Assembly: GCA_963838925.1 (NCBI GenBank)
Contig: CAWISW010000003.1
Coordinates: 754,595-818,594 of the forward strand
Source: an uncultured Nitrososphaerota archaeon
Lineage (GTDB): Archaea; Thermoproteota; Nitrososphaeria; Nitrososphaerales; Gagatemarchaeaceae
Direction: 5' to 3'
DNA length: 64,000 nucleotides
Shown: positions 54,485-63,194 of the stretch, in pieces
Layout: the number at the start of each line of letters is the position of its first letter
Numbering within the stretch: the stretch's first letter is position 1
The notes under the pieces: generated by a model
Told to the model about the DNA's origin: nothing
Database searches by the model: none
Seen by the model: the letters and a program-made list of their open reading frames with translations, nothing else
Made by a program: the position numbers and the translations under genes

Positions 54485-56384
54485 GGGTCCGCCTCCTCAG
54501 CAGCGTGTACATCGCCAGGATCACGACCAAGACCCCCAGCACGATGATGACCGGCTGCTCCAATCCTCCCCCACCGCTGCTTACTACGCCGCAGTTAGTG
54601 GTGCAGGTGAGCGTGTACGCGACCACGACTCCCGGCGTCGCTCCGCCCAAGTCGCCGCCCCCTGCGGGTGCGAACAAGGTCATGACTCCCTCGGTGTTGG
54701 TGCCGATGGACACTCCCGCCGCCCCTATGCCTCCAAGGGAGAAGCTCTTGAGCAGCACTCCCGACTGCTCGTTGAACATGTAGAGGATGCCCGCCCTGTC
54801 GACCACGTACAGCACGCCTCCGCTCACCACGGCCGAGGATCCCTGATACCTGTTGGGGAGGTTGTAGTGCCAGATTGGCTGGCCGGTCGAGAGGTTGATC
54901 GCGTATACGGTCCCGTTCTCGGCCGCTGCGGGGTCGTCGGTATAGATGTACCCGTTGATCGTCTGACCCTTGTACGGGTAAGGCCCTGGCGTCATGAGGC
55001 CGCACGCGTTCTGGGTCACGACGAAGAGCGTGTTCCCGTCGACGGCGGGTGCCATCTCGATCCCTCCGTCAGGCCCCGGGCAGATGTCCTTGTTCCCGAA
55101 GAGCGCCTGGGACGCGTTAAGGTTGGCGGTCGACGTCAGGCCGTCGTTCCAGTTGTTGGAGGACTTGGGCCCGACCATTATCGGCGCGTACACCGGCTTC
55201 CCGGTGGCGGCGTTCAGGACGTAGATGTCGTTGTTCTTTGAGGCCTGTATGACGACCTGAACCGACGTCCCGTTGACGGTTATGTCCGAGAGGCTGTCGC
55301 TCCACCCCCCCTCGTGCTCCGTGATGTCGTGCGAGGACATCTGGTAGTACCAGATCATCTTCCCGGTCGCGGAGTTGAGCGCAACGATGCAGTCCGTGTA
55401 GAGGTTGGGGCCCGGCCTCAGCGAGGCCTCGTAGCCGTCTGACGGGTGCCCGGTGGAGAAGTAGAGTACGCCCGTCTTGTTGTCCACCGCTATGAGCCCC
55501 CAGGCCGCCCCTCCCCCGATGAGGGCCACGTCCTGCGGGGAGGTGCCCCAGTCGCCCTTGTACGGGGTTATGTTGCCCGGTGGCTGGCCATAGTTCACGG
55601 TCGTCCCGTTGGCGAGCGTGACCATGTCCTCGTAGTCCCAGTTGGGGTCTGCGGTGATCGCGGACGGTACCGAGTACCATATCCACGACATGTTCCTCGT
55701 GTTGATGTTGTAGGCTGCGACGAAGCCCCTCCCCCCGTAGTCGGTGGTGGAGGCTCGGAGGATCAGGTTGTCACCGACAAGGATGGGGGCCTTCTCCCCG
55801 TAGTACGTGCCCGTGTTCCCCTGGATGTTCGCAGCGATCGGAGGTATCGTCCACTCGAGGGCCCCGGTAAGGGCGTTGAGCGCGTAGACCGCAGTGTTGG
55901 ACGCGGTCACGTAGATCGTCTGGTTGTAGTCGGATATCCCGCTTATCACATACGCCCCGGACCACCACTTTTCTCCGATGAACGACGTCATGTTCACCTG
56001 ATAGTCCCAGGCCTGGGTGCCCGTCTCGGTGTTCAGGGCGATTATGCGATTGTAGGGGGTCGCCAGGTACTCGAAGCCGTTCACGACCAGCGACTGGGCC
56101 TCGATGCCGAGAGCAGGAGGCGCCCCAGGGATGCTGTACGGGTTGACGGGCACCTGGTAGATCCATGTCGGCTGAAGGTACTGGACGTTGCTCGCGGTGA
56201 TGACCGTCTGCGGGTCGTAGTTAGTGTTCTGAAAGTCATAGGACGATGCTCCCCAGTTCGGAAACGGGGAGGGGGTGGCGGTCTGGGCGTTCACCATCGT
56301 ATTGGAAAAACCGCCGAACGCGATGAGGAGAGTGACCGCTACTATCGTTAGTCTGGCGACAAATCGTCGAAGACCCATCGTCAA
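54441..56384 (-). CDS. Secreted PQQ-binding beta-propeller dehydrogenase 2 with C-terminal membrane anchor
   Basis: Signal peptide, ITASNVQYL, ALNTETGTQAW blades, GRGFVAAY, GGGAAW, RPGPNLY, WYYQMSSHD, CPGPDGG, C-terminal TM and RRR tail. Confidence 0.9.
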   Translation of the reverse strand: MTMGLRRFVARLTIVAVTLLIAFGGFSNTMVNAQTATPSPFPNWGASSYDFQNTNYDPQTVITASNVQYLQPTWIYQVPVNPYSIPGAPPALGIEAQSLVVNGFEYLATPYNRIIALNTETGTQAWDYQVNMTSFIGEKWWSGAYVISGISDYNQTIYVTASNTAVYALNALTGALEWTIPPIAANIQGNTGTYYGEKAPILVGDNLILRASTTDYGGRGFVAAYNINTRNMSWIWYSVPSAITADPNWDYEDMVTLANGTTVNYGQPPGNITPYKGDWGTSPQDVALIGGGAAWGLIAVDNKTGVLYFSTGHPSDGYEASLRPGPNLYTDCIVALNSATGKMIWYYQMSSHDITEHEGGWSDSLSDITVNGTSVQVVIQASKNNDIYVLNAATGKPVYAPIMVGPKSSNNWNDGLTSTANLNASQALFGNKDICPGPDGGIEMAPAVDGNTLFVVTQNACGLMTPGPYPYKGQTINGYIYTDDPAAAENGTVYAINLSTGQPIWHYNLPNRYQGSSAVVSGGVLYVVDRAGILYMFNEQSGVLLKSFSLGGIGAAGVSIGTNTEGVMTLFAPAGGGDLGGATPGVVVAYTLTCTTNCGVVSSGGGGLEQPVIIVLGVLVVILAMYTLLRRRTPTGGRGGPPRTRAL

Positions 56385-56731
56385 ACGCCGCTCGACACTT
56401 GACGAGTTAATAAAAGATTCTCATATTCGAAGAGAATTCTTTCCTCCATCGAAACGACATAACAACCCCGTCTCAGTTAATATCGCCTTCTCCTCGAGCC
56501 GATCCTGGCGAGGACGAGGACGGTGGTCCCTGCGACCGCTGACAACGACTTTGGCCTGGGAACCTTCAAGGAGGTGCTCGCAACCTTTGCCTTCCCCCTC
56601 CTTCTCGATTTAGACCCTTCGAGCGCGGATGCCTTCACCCGACATGCAAGGAAGCGCAGCTCGCCTCCACGGGGCGGCCTCCAAATCTTTAATCGTCGGG
56701 GCGGTCTTCGGCACAGAATTGTGTCGGAGCG

Positions 56732-57265
56732 ATGCTGACTTCAGAGAGCCCATCACGAGGCGAGGCGAAGGCGAATGAGACGGGGGTCCTGCGCAGCTTC
56801 CTCTCGCTCTACTCCTCTTGGAAGACACTCCTGACCAACGCGGCACTTTTCGCGGTGTACTACGCCGCGTTCTACGAGTCAATCGTCCGTTCAAACGCGG
56901 GCTACTTTCTCCTCGCGATCCCCTACTACCTCTTCCTCTTGCTCATCCTCGCGTCCTCGGTCCTGGCGACCGTCGCGGCTTCGTACCTCAGGGCCTCGCG
57001 GAGGGCGCGCAGCCTGACGGGGGTCGCTCAGAGCCCGGTCTCCGTCGCGCTTGGGGCCGTGGTGGCGAGCTGTGCCTGCAGCCTGCCCCTCGTCGGCCCC
57101 GTGCTCTACTTCGTAGGGCTCAACGCCGTCGAGGTGAGCGGAGTCGAGTCGTTCCTCGCCTCGTACCAGGAGGCCATCATATGGGCGATCGTGGTGCTCG
57201 ACGCGTGCGGCATCCTCTACTACCTTAGGCTGGTCTCCCGCTCAAGGCTGGGCGGCAGCACCTGA
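56732..57265 (+). CDS. Membrane protein with intramembrane ASCACSLP motif
   Basis: About four TM segments; Cys pair followed by Pro inside a hydrophobic segment. Confidence 0.7.
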   Translation: MLTSESPSRGEAKANETGVLRSFLSLYSSWKTLLTNAALFAVYYAAFYESIVRSNAGYFLLAIPYYLFLLLILASSVLATVAASYLRASRRARSLTGVAQSPVSVALGAVVASCACSLPLVGPVLYFVGLNAVEVSGVESFLASYQEAIIWAIVVLDACGILYYLRLVSRSRLGGST

Positions 57266-57352
57266 GCGGCCATTGCCAGCCCGCAGAAACCGACTCCTTC
57301 TAACCCTTCGATGCGTTCTTAAGACAGCGTAGGGGTGGCAACTGTCGCATAG

Positions 57353-57922
57353 ATGTACGGCGTTTCCTACGAGGCGTATCAGAAGGCGGTCGCAAAGAGG
57401 CGTCTTACCCGACAGGAGGGCCCTCAGGAGGGCGAACCCGAAGCCGCGCCCAACGAGATTCAAGGCGGATCCAACAAGATCCGGAACGCAATCATCGTGG
57501 GCGTCATCGTCATCATCTTGGGGGTGACGCTGGGAATCGTCCTTCAACCACAAGCGGCGACCGGGCTCACGATAAGCCTGAGCTCGGGGAAGGTGATAGA
57601 GGCGAATAGCTCCGACGTGGTGCTGGCGATCGACCTTACGATCCACAACAACACGAACAAGAACATGACCTACTATGGTGCTTCGTGGGCGGTCTCTCAG
57701 GACGGGAACGGGCTCGACTCGGGGGTATTCTTCGAGCACTACGCCATGCCTCCGGGGATGACCCGGAACCTGAACGAGACGGTCGACATCAACCTTGGAG
57801 ACGTGGTCCTCACCCAGCCTCTCGGCCAATCTGGGACGTGGAGGTTCCAGGGCTCTGCAACCGTTGACGTGGCTGGCGCGAACCAGACACAAGGGTTCGA
57901 CTTTAACTTCTCGACGACGTAG
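57353..57922 (+). CDS. Single-pass membrane protein with extracellular beta-sandwich (LEA/Ig-like) domain
   Basis: One TM followed by alternating beta-strand pattern, e.g. LTIHNNTNKNM. Confidence 0.65.
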   Translation: MYGVSYEAYQKAVAKRRLTRQEGPQEGEPEAAPNEIQGGSNKIRNAIIVGVIVIILGVTLGIVLQPQAATGLTISLSSGKVIEANSSDVVLAIDLTIHNNTNKNMTYYGASWAVSQDGNGLDSGVFFEHYAMPPGMTRNLNETVDINLGDVVLTQPLGQSGTWRFQGSATVDVAGANQTQGFDFNFSTT

Positions 57923-57944
57923 CCGCTAGAACGCGGCCTGGGCC

Positions 57945-57980
57945 GTTAATAACACCGTGAACGAGATTAGTTAACACCGT
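57945..57980. promoter_or_regulatory. Candidate operator GTTAAT-N19-GTTAAC and direct repeat TAACACCGT x2 upstream of ZIP
   Basis: Half-sites at 57945-57950 and 57970-57975; 9-mer repeats at 57950 and 57972 (22 bp apart). Confidence 0.45.
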
Positions 57981-58014
57981 ATCCGTTAAATGCCCGGACT
58001 AGCGCCGGCGGCAC

Positions 58015-58761
58015 ATGGACTTCGCGGAGACCCTCGTGCTCTCTTCGATCATGGGGCTCTCTATCTACATCTCGCTCCCCATAGTCCTTCACAGGAGGAC
58101 AGGCGAGCGGAGCTCGCGAATCCTTACAGCGGTCGCCATCGGGATTCTGATATTCCTGATGGGGGACATCTTCACGAACGCGGCCGCCTCCCTGTACAAC
58201 GGCTCGCTGTACGGTTTCGGTTCCTCTGCAGCCAACGACGGCGTCTTCGCGGCCGCCTTCGGGGCCGGGTTCCTCGTCCTCTTCCTCGCCGAGAGCAGGT
58301 CGAAGGAGGGGCTCTCCCCCGCGAAGCTCGCGCTGGTGATCGCGATCGGGATGGGATTCCAGAACCTCACGGAAGGGCTGGTCTTCGGCTCTCTCAGCAT
58401 CGCCGTGGGGCTCTCCGGGGCCGCCCTGGTCGTGCTGGTGGGCTTCATCTTCCAGAACATCACGGAGGGCTTCCCCATCGCTTCCCCTTTCATCGGCCGG
58501 TCCGAAGGTAAGACCGGCGTGATGCTCCTCCTGTTCCTGATTGGAGGCATCCCCACCATAGTCGGCGGCGCCGTCGGCTTCTATTACAACTCTATCTCGC
58601 TAGACCTTGCCTTCGACGGGATCGCGATCGGCGCAATCCTCTACGCGATCCTCCCAATGCTCAAGGCGCTCTTCAGGGAGTCTTCGCCGCGCATGCAGCG
58701 GCTCAGCTACCTCGGCGTGTTCCTGGGCTTCTTGCTCGGATTCCTGGTGAACTTGGTGTGA
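58015..58761 (+). CDS. ZIP (ZupT/GufA) family metal permease
   Basis: About eight TM segments; FQNLTEG and FQNITEG signature helices. Confidence 0.88.
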   Translation: MDFAETLVLSSIMGLSIYISLPIVLHRRTGERSSRILTAVAIGILIFLMGDIFTNAAASLYNGSLYGFGSSAANDGVFAAAFGAGFLVLFLAESRSKEGLSPAKLALVIAIGMGFQNLTEGLVFGSLSIAVGLSGAALVVLVGFIFQNITEGFPIASPFIGRSEGKTGVMLLLFLIGGIPTIVGGAVGFYYNSISLDLAFDGIAIGAILYAILPMLKALFRESSPRMQRLSYLGVFLGFLLGFLVNLV

Positions 58762-58780
58762 CGGGTTCGAGGCTTGCTGC

Positions 58781-60598
58781 TTGAACAGGCGGAAGTTCAT
58801 CAAGATAGCCGTCGGAGGCGCGATAGGCGGAGGGGCGGTGGGCCTGGGCGTCTCAAGGCTGATCGCGCCGTCCAAGAGCGCCCCTTCATCGAAGGCGCAA
58901 CTCGACTCCGCCACCCTCACGAAGTTCGTGGACCCGCTCCCGATCCCCCAGGTTGTTTCTCCTTCAACGCCCGGAGGGAACGATTTCGTAGTCACCATGA
59001 CTCAGTTCAAGCAGCAGCTCCACAGCCAGCTCCCACCGACCGAGGTCTGGGGATACAACGGCTCCTATCCGGGGCCGTCCTTCGAGGCCTCGAGAGGGAC
59101 CCCGATATCGGTCACATACGCCAACGCCTTGCCCAAGGTGCACCTGTTTCAGGACGCGGTGGACGAGACAGTCTCCCACGGCTACGGCTTTCCCGACGTC
59201 CGCACGGTCGTCCATCTCCACGGCGCGGAGGTGAAGGCCGACAGCGACGGCAACCCCACGGCTTGGTTCTCCTTCAACTTCGAGACCACCGGCGCCGGCT
59301 GGTCGCAGAAGGCATACACCTACCCCAACTCTCAGGAGGCCACGACGCTCTGGTACCATGACCACGCAATCGGCACGACCCGTCTGAACATCTGCGCGGG
59401 GCTGGCGGGGTTCTACTTCCTAAGGGACCCTGGCATCCAGTTCGAAGCGGGCCTACCGGGAGGCCCCATGGACCCACCGATCATGAAGAAGGGTGTGGTC
59501 GTCGGCGGGCCGTACGAGGTCCCGCTGTTGATCCAGGACAGGCTCTTCAACTCGGACGGGTCGATCCTCTATCCGAACCAGGGCGTCAACCCGAGCATCC
59601 ACCCTGAATGGATCCCCGAATACTTCGGCGACACCATATTGGTGAACGGTAAGGTCTGGCCTTACCTCAACGTGGAGCCGCGCAAGTACCGCTTCAGGTT
59701 CCTCGACGGGTCGAACGCGCGATTCTACGACCTCTCCTTCGCGAACAAGCCCGTGAAGATCCATCAGATTGGGACCGACGGCGGGTACCTCTCGGCTCCT
59801 GTGCCGATCGCCGACATCTTCCTCGCCCCCGCGGAACGAGCCGACACAATAGTCGACTTCTCGGCCCTCGAGGTCGGCGACAAGGCTATCCTCTACAACA
59901 CCGCGCCCGGGCCCTATCCCGGGGGCGACACGCCGGACACCGAAACGGTCGGGCAGATAATGCAGTTCAACGTGGTCGAATCGCAGGGCGCGGACGCCAG
60001 CGTGCTTCCGCCCGCGCTGGTGCCGGTCCCGTCGCTTCCGCTCCTGGGCGAAAGCGTGAGCGTGACTAGGAACCTGTATCTGGTCGAGTACGACACAGCG
60101 GCAGGTCCGATCGTCAGCCTCCTCAACAACCTCGATTTCGGCAGCCCAATCCAAGAAGACCCCGTCCTCGGCTCGACGGAAGTCTGGCAGCTCATCAATC
60201 TCACCGAGGACGCGCACCCCATCCACCTGCACCTGATACAGTTCCAGATCTTGAACCGGCAGGAGTTCGACGCAGACAAGTACTTCACGGACTATTTGGC
60301 CGCAAACCCCAACCTGGCCTCTGGAGCGGGGATCGGGACGACCCCGGACACGACTCCGTACTTGGAGGACGCTCCCTTCGCGGTGCCCCCTGAAGAGGCA
60401 GGGTGGAAGGACACCGTCAAGGCCTACCCGGAACTGATAACCCGCCTGATCGTGCGGTTCGCCCCAAGGACGGGCTCCAACTTTTCTTTCGACGCCACGG
60501 CTCCTCCCAACTACGTGTGGCACTGCCACATCCTCGAGCACGAGGACAACGACATGATGCGGCCCTACCAAGTCCTTCCCCAAGGCGCTTCGACCTAG
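58781..60598 (+). CDS. Tat-exported multicopper oxidase (CotA/bilirubin oxidase-like)
   Basis: NRRKFIK twin-arginine signal; HLHG, WYHDH, HPIHLH and HCHILEHEDNDMM copper motifs. Confidence 0.95.
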   Translation: MNRRKFIKIAVGGAIGGGAVGLGVSRLIAPSKSAPSSKAQLDSATLTKFVDPLPIPQVVSPSTPGGNDFVVTMTQFKQQLHSQLPPTEVWGYNGSYPGPSFEASRGTPISVTYANALPKVHLFQDAVDETVSHGYGFPDVRTVVHLHGAEVKADSDGNPTAWFSFNFETTGAGWSQKAYTYPNSQEATTLWYHDHAIGTTRLNICAGLAGFYFLRDPGIQFEAGLPGGPMDPPIMKKGVVVGGPYEVPLLIQDRLFNSDGSILYPNQGVNPSIHPEWIPEYFGDTILVNGKVWPYLNVEPRKYRFRFLDGSNARFYDLSFANKPVKIHQIGTDGGYLSAPVPIADIFLAPAERADTIVDFSALEVGDKAILYNTAPGPYPGGDTPDTETVGQIMQFNVVESQGADASVLPPALVPVPSLPLLGESVSVTRNLYLVEYDTAAGPIVSLLNNLDFGSPIQEDPVLGSTEVWQLINLTEDAHPIHLHLIQFQILNRQEFDADKYFTDYLAANPNLASGAGIGTTPDTTPYLEDAPFAVPPEEAGWKDTVKAYPELITRLIVRFAPRTGSNFSFDATAPPNYVWHCHILEHEDNDMMRPYQVLPQGAST

Positions 60599-60629
60599 AA
60601 GGGCGGCTGAACGTCCATCCTCCGGAAGA

Positions 60630-62453
60630 ATGAAATCAGGTACGCTCCCCGACCGAGCCGGCCACGAGAGAGTTGAGTTCGCCGAAGTGACCTTCTTTCC
60701 CATCAGTTCTGGAGCTCCTGGCGGGCGCCGAGCCAAATCAGTCGCGGTCGCGATACTCTGGCTCCTCCTGGCTTCAGCGTTCGTTGCGACGGTCGGGCCT
60801 CGGTCGCCTCCCGCTAGCGGCTTTCAGGAGGCGGGACAGTTCGCGTCGACGGTCATCGGGCAGGCGAACTTCACTTCGCAGTCGAGCAGCCTCGCCTCTG
60901 CCAGCCTGAACAGACCGTTCAGGTCGGGGTTCGACGGGTCAGGCGACTTGTGGGTCGCGGACGAGAACGACCACCGCGTCGTGGAGTTCAAGCCCCCCTT
61001 CACTGACGGAGAGTCGGCCTCGGTGGAGATAGGCCAGCCCAGTTTCGGAGTGACGACGACCACTCCTGCGAACGTCACCGTGGCATCCCAGGCGAGCCTC
61101 TACGGGCCGGTCTCCGTCGCATTCGACTCGTCAGGAGACCTGTGGGTGAGCGACTTCGTCGACAACCGCGTCACGGAATACGTGCCGCCTTTCACGAGCG
61201 GGATGAACGCCTCGCTCGAGCTGGGGCAGCCAGCCGGGGACCTGCAGTTCATGACCCACACGCCGCGGCCGCCCAACAACGGGCTTGCCGCTCCTCTCGA
61301 CCTCGCGTTCGACCCTTCCGGGGACCTATGGGTGGCCGACAGAGGCAACAACAGGGTGGTCGAATACGCGCGGCCCTTCATCGACGGCGAGTCTCCCTCT
61401 GTGGTGGTAGGGCAGGATTTCCTCAACGCAAGCGTGGGGGCGACGACGCGGAGCGGGCTCCATTCACCAGAAAGCATCGCCTTCGACGCCGCCGGCAACC
61501 TCTGGGTCGTCGACCAGGTTAACAACCGGGTGCTCGAGTTCGCCTCTTCTTCGCTCAAGGGAAACGGACCCCAAGCCGTGTTGGAGATAGGCCAGCGCGC
61601 CGGTCAAGAGCAGTTCCTCTCCAACGAGTCCGGAAGGTCGCAGAGCGCTTTGAACGCCCCGGTGGGAGTGGCTTTTGATTCGTCAGGCGACCTCCTCGTC
61701 TCCGACCGCGCGAACAACCGCATCCTCGGGTTCAGTCCACCCTTCACGGACGGGATGAACGCCTCTTTCGAGATCGGCCAGCCGGGAGGTACAGGCCAAT
61801 TCACCACTGGAGTGTCTTCAACTTCCCAGGACAACCTAGACAACCCCTTGGGCATCGCCGTCGACGCTCGGGGGGACCTATGGGTGGCTGACCAGCTGAA
61901 TGGCAGGCTTCTCGAGTTCAGCGGCGACGCCGCCGCGACATCTGGCGAAGACGCGATTGTGTCCCAGGGCGCAGCGGCTGTGAACGAGCCTTCGACCGGT
62001 GTCTCCGTCGGCATGAAGGGCATCGCGTCCGGGTCATTGGTGAACTTCTACACATCAGACTTGGAAAGGCAGCCTCCCGGCACCGGGAGTCCGGGTCTGA
62101 ATGCGCCCGGGTCCTACTCCGCGTTCTACGAGGTAGAAGCGTCCGACGCGAGCGGTAGCGCCGCGACGGTCTGCATCGCCAACACCCACGTCACTGGTTC
62201 GACCGATCTTCGGCTTTACGCGGACGGTGTGTGGTATGAGGCGAGCGCGGTAAACAGGACCCAGGGGGTCTCGATCTGCGGTGACCTCCCTCCCCCTGAG
62301 CTACATAGCCTGCTTCTCTTGGCGATAGGCGGGCCATCCTCCGCGTCGAGCTCCCCTTCCTCATGGCCGCTGGGAGCGCTCGTCGCCGTCGCGGCTGTGG
62401 TGCTAGCCGGCGTCACGTTCGTCGTTCTGAAGAGACGGAGTCCGAGATACTAG
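60630..62453 (+). CDS. Surface NHL-repeat beta-propeller protein with C-terminal TM anchor
   Basis: Six repeats of GQ...LxxP...FDxSGDLWVxDxxNxRVxE; C-terminal TM followed by KRR. Confidence 0.88.
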   Translation: MKSGTLPDRAGHERVEFAEVTFFPISSGAPGGRRAKSVAVAILWLLLASAFVATVGPRSPPASGFQEAGQFASTVIGQANFTSQSSSLASASLNRPFRSGFDGSGDLWVADENDHRVVEFKPPFTDGESASVEIGQPSFGVTTTTPANVTVASQASLYGPVSVAFDSSGDLWVSDFVDNRVTEYVPPFTSGMNASLELGQPAGDLQFMTHTPRPPNNGLAAPLDLAFDPSGDLWVADRGNNRVVEYARPFIDGESPSVVVGQDFLNASVGATTRSGLHSPESIAFDAAGNLWVVDQVNNRVLEFASSSLKGNGPQAVLEIGQRAGQEQFLSNESGRSQSALNAPVGVAFDSSGDLLVSDRANNRILGFSPPFTDGMNASFEIGQPGGTGQFTTGVSSTSQDNLDNPLGIAVDARGDLWVADQLNGRLLEFSGDAAATSGEDAIVSQGAAAVNEPSTGVSVGMKGIASGSLVNFYTSDLERQPPGTGSPGLNAPGSYSAFYEVEASDASGSAATVCIANTHVTGSTDLRLYADGVWYEASAVNRTQGVSICGDLPPPELHSLLLLAIGGPSSASSSPSSWPLGALVAVAAVVLAGVTFVVLKRRSPRY

Positions 62454-62509
62454 CATTTCTTCGGCAAGAAAAGAAATCGCTAAATATACCCCTAGGTCGA
62501 GGTTTTTCC

Positions 62510-62842
62510 GTGAGATTTCAGAGGAAGGCCGTCGGAACAACCGCCCTCGTGGGGGCCGTGATCGTTGTTGCGGTCGTCGTGGGAGCACTCGCATACTTTG
62601 TCGGCACAGGAAGCTCGTCTTCGACCACAGTTACCGCATCGAGCACCATGACGGTCACAGGAGCAGGCACCATGAGCATCGTGACGGACGTGGCGACTTC
62701 GACTGGATTAACGACAACCACCTCCACCTCCTCTGTCTTGACGACGGTGGTCACAACCTCCACGAAGACCGTCACCTCGGCGTCTACGGTGTTCACTCTT
62801 TGCCCAGGATGTGTAAGCGATGACGACGGAGATGGAATCTAG
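62510..62842 (+). CDS. Pilin-like (class III signal peptide) Thr-rich protein ending CPGCVSDDDGDGI
   Basis: MRFQRKA|VG plus hydrophobic helix and Ser/Thr stalk; GTG 62510 follows TAAATATA. Confidence 0.75.
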   Translation: MRFQRKAVGTTALVGAVIVVAVVVGALAYFVGTGSSSSTTVTASSTMTVTGAGTMSIVTDVATSTGLTTTTSTSSVLTTVVTTSTKTVTSASTVFTLCPGCVSDDDGDGI

Positions 62843-62846
62843 GAAA

Positions 62847-63194
62847 TTGACCCCGTACGAGGCGTTCAGGCAGAAGAGGCGCGGCATAGGCTCAGGCGCA
62901 GCCGTCGGCCTCATAATAGTCGTAGCAGTCGTCATAGGGATAGTCGGATACTACGTCGGCATGAGCGGGAGCAACTCGAGCATGACTAGCACGACAACCT
63001 CCGTCACGACGATGACCGCCGCAGGCGCTCCCACGACCTCGACAACGACCGTGACTACGACGGTGGGCAGCACCGCGACGGCGTTGGCGACCACTACCGC
63101 GACGACGACGTCAATTAACACGGTGGTCGTTACAATATCGACGACGACCACACAAACCGAAGGCGTCCAGGACGCCGACGGCGACGGTGTCTAA
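62847..63194 (+). CDS. Pilin-like (class III signal peptide) Thr-rich protein ending QDADGDGV
   Basis: QKRRG|IG plus hydrophobic helix and Thr stalk; TTG 62847 (alternative upstream ATGs). Confidence 0.75.
   Translation: MTPYEAFRQKRRGIGSGAAVGLIIVVAVVIGIVGYYVGMSGSNSSMTSTTTSVTTMTAAGAPTTSTTTVTTTVGSTATALATTTATTTSINTVVVTISTTTTQTEGVQDADGDGV

Noticed and set aside
48530-56730. Searched intergenic gaps for a PqqA precursor (ExxxY) peptide
   Set aside because: The short ORFs I translated near 48554 and 56505-56738 have no ExxxY motif or PqqA-like leader; the manual search was not exhaustive.
60850-61920. Regularly spaced nucleotide repeats (e.g. GACCTxTGGGT) that might suggest an array
   Set aside because: They are the coding NHL repeats; no CRISPR array was seen anywhere in the window.
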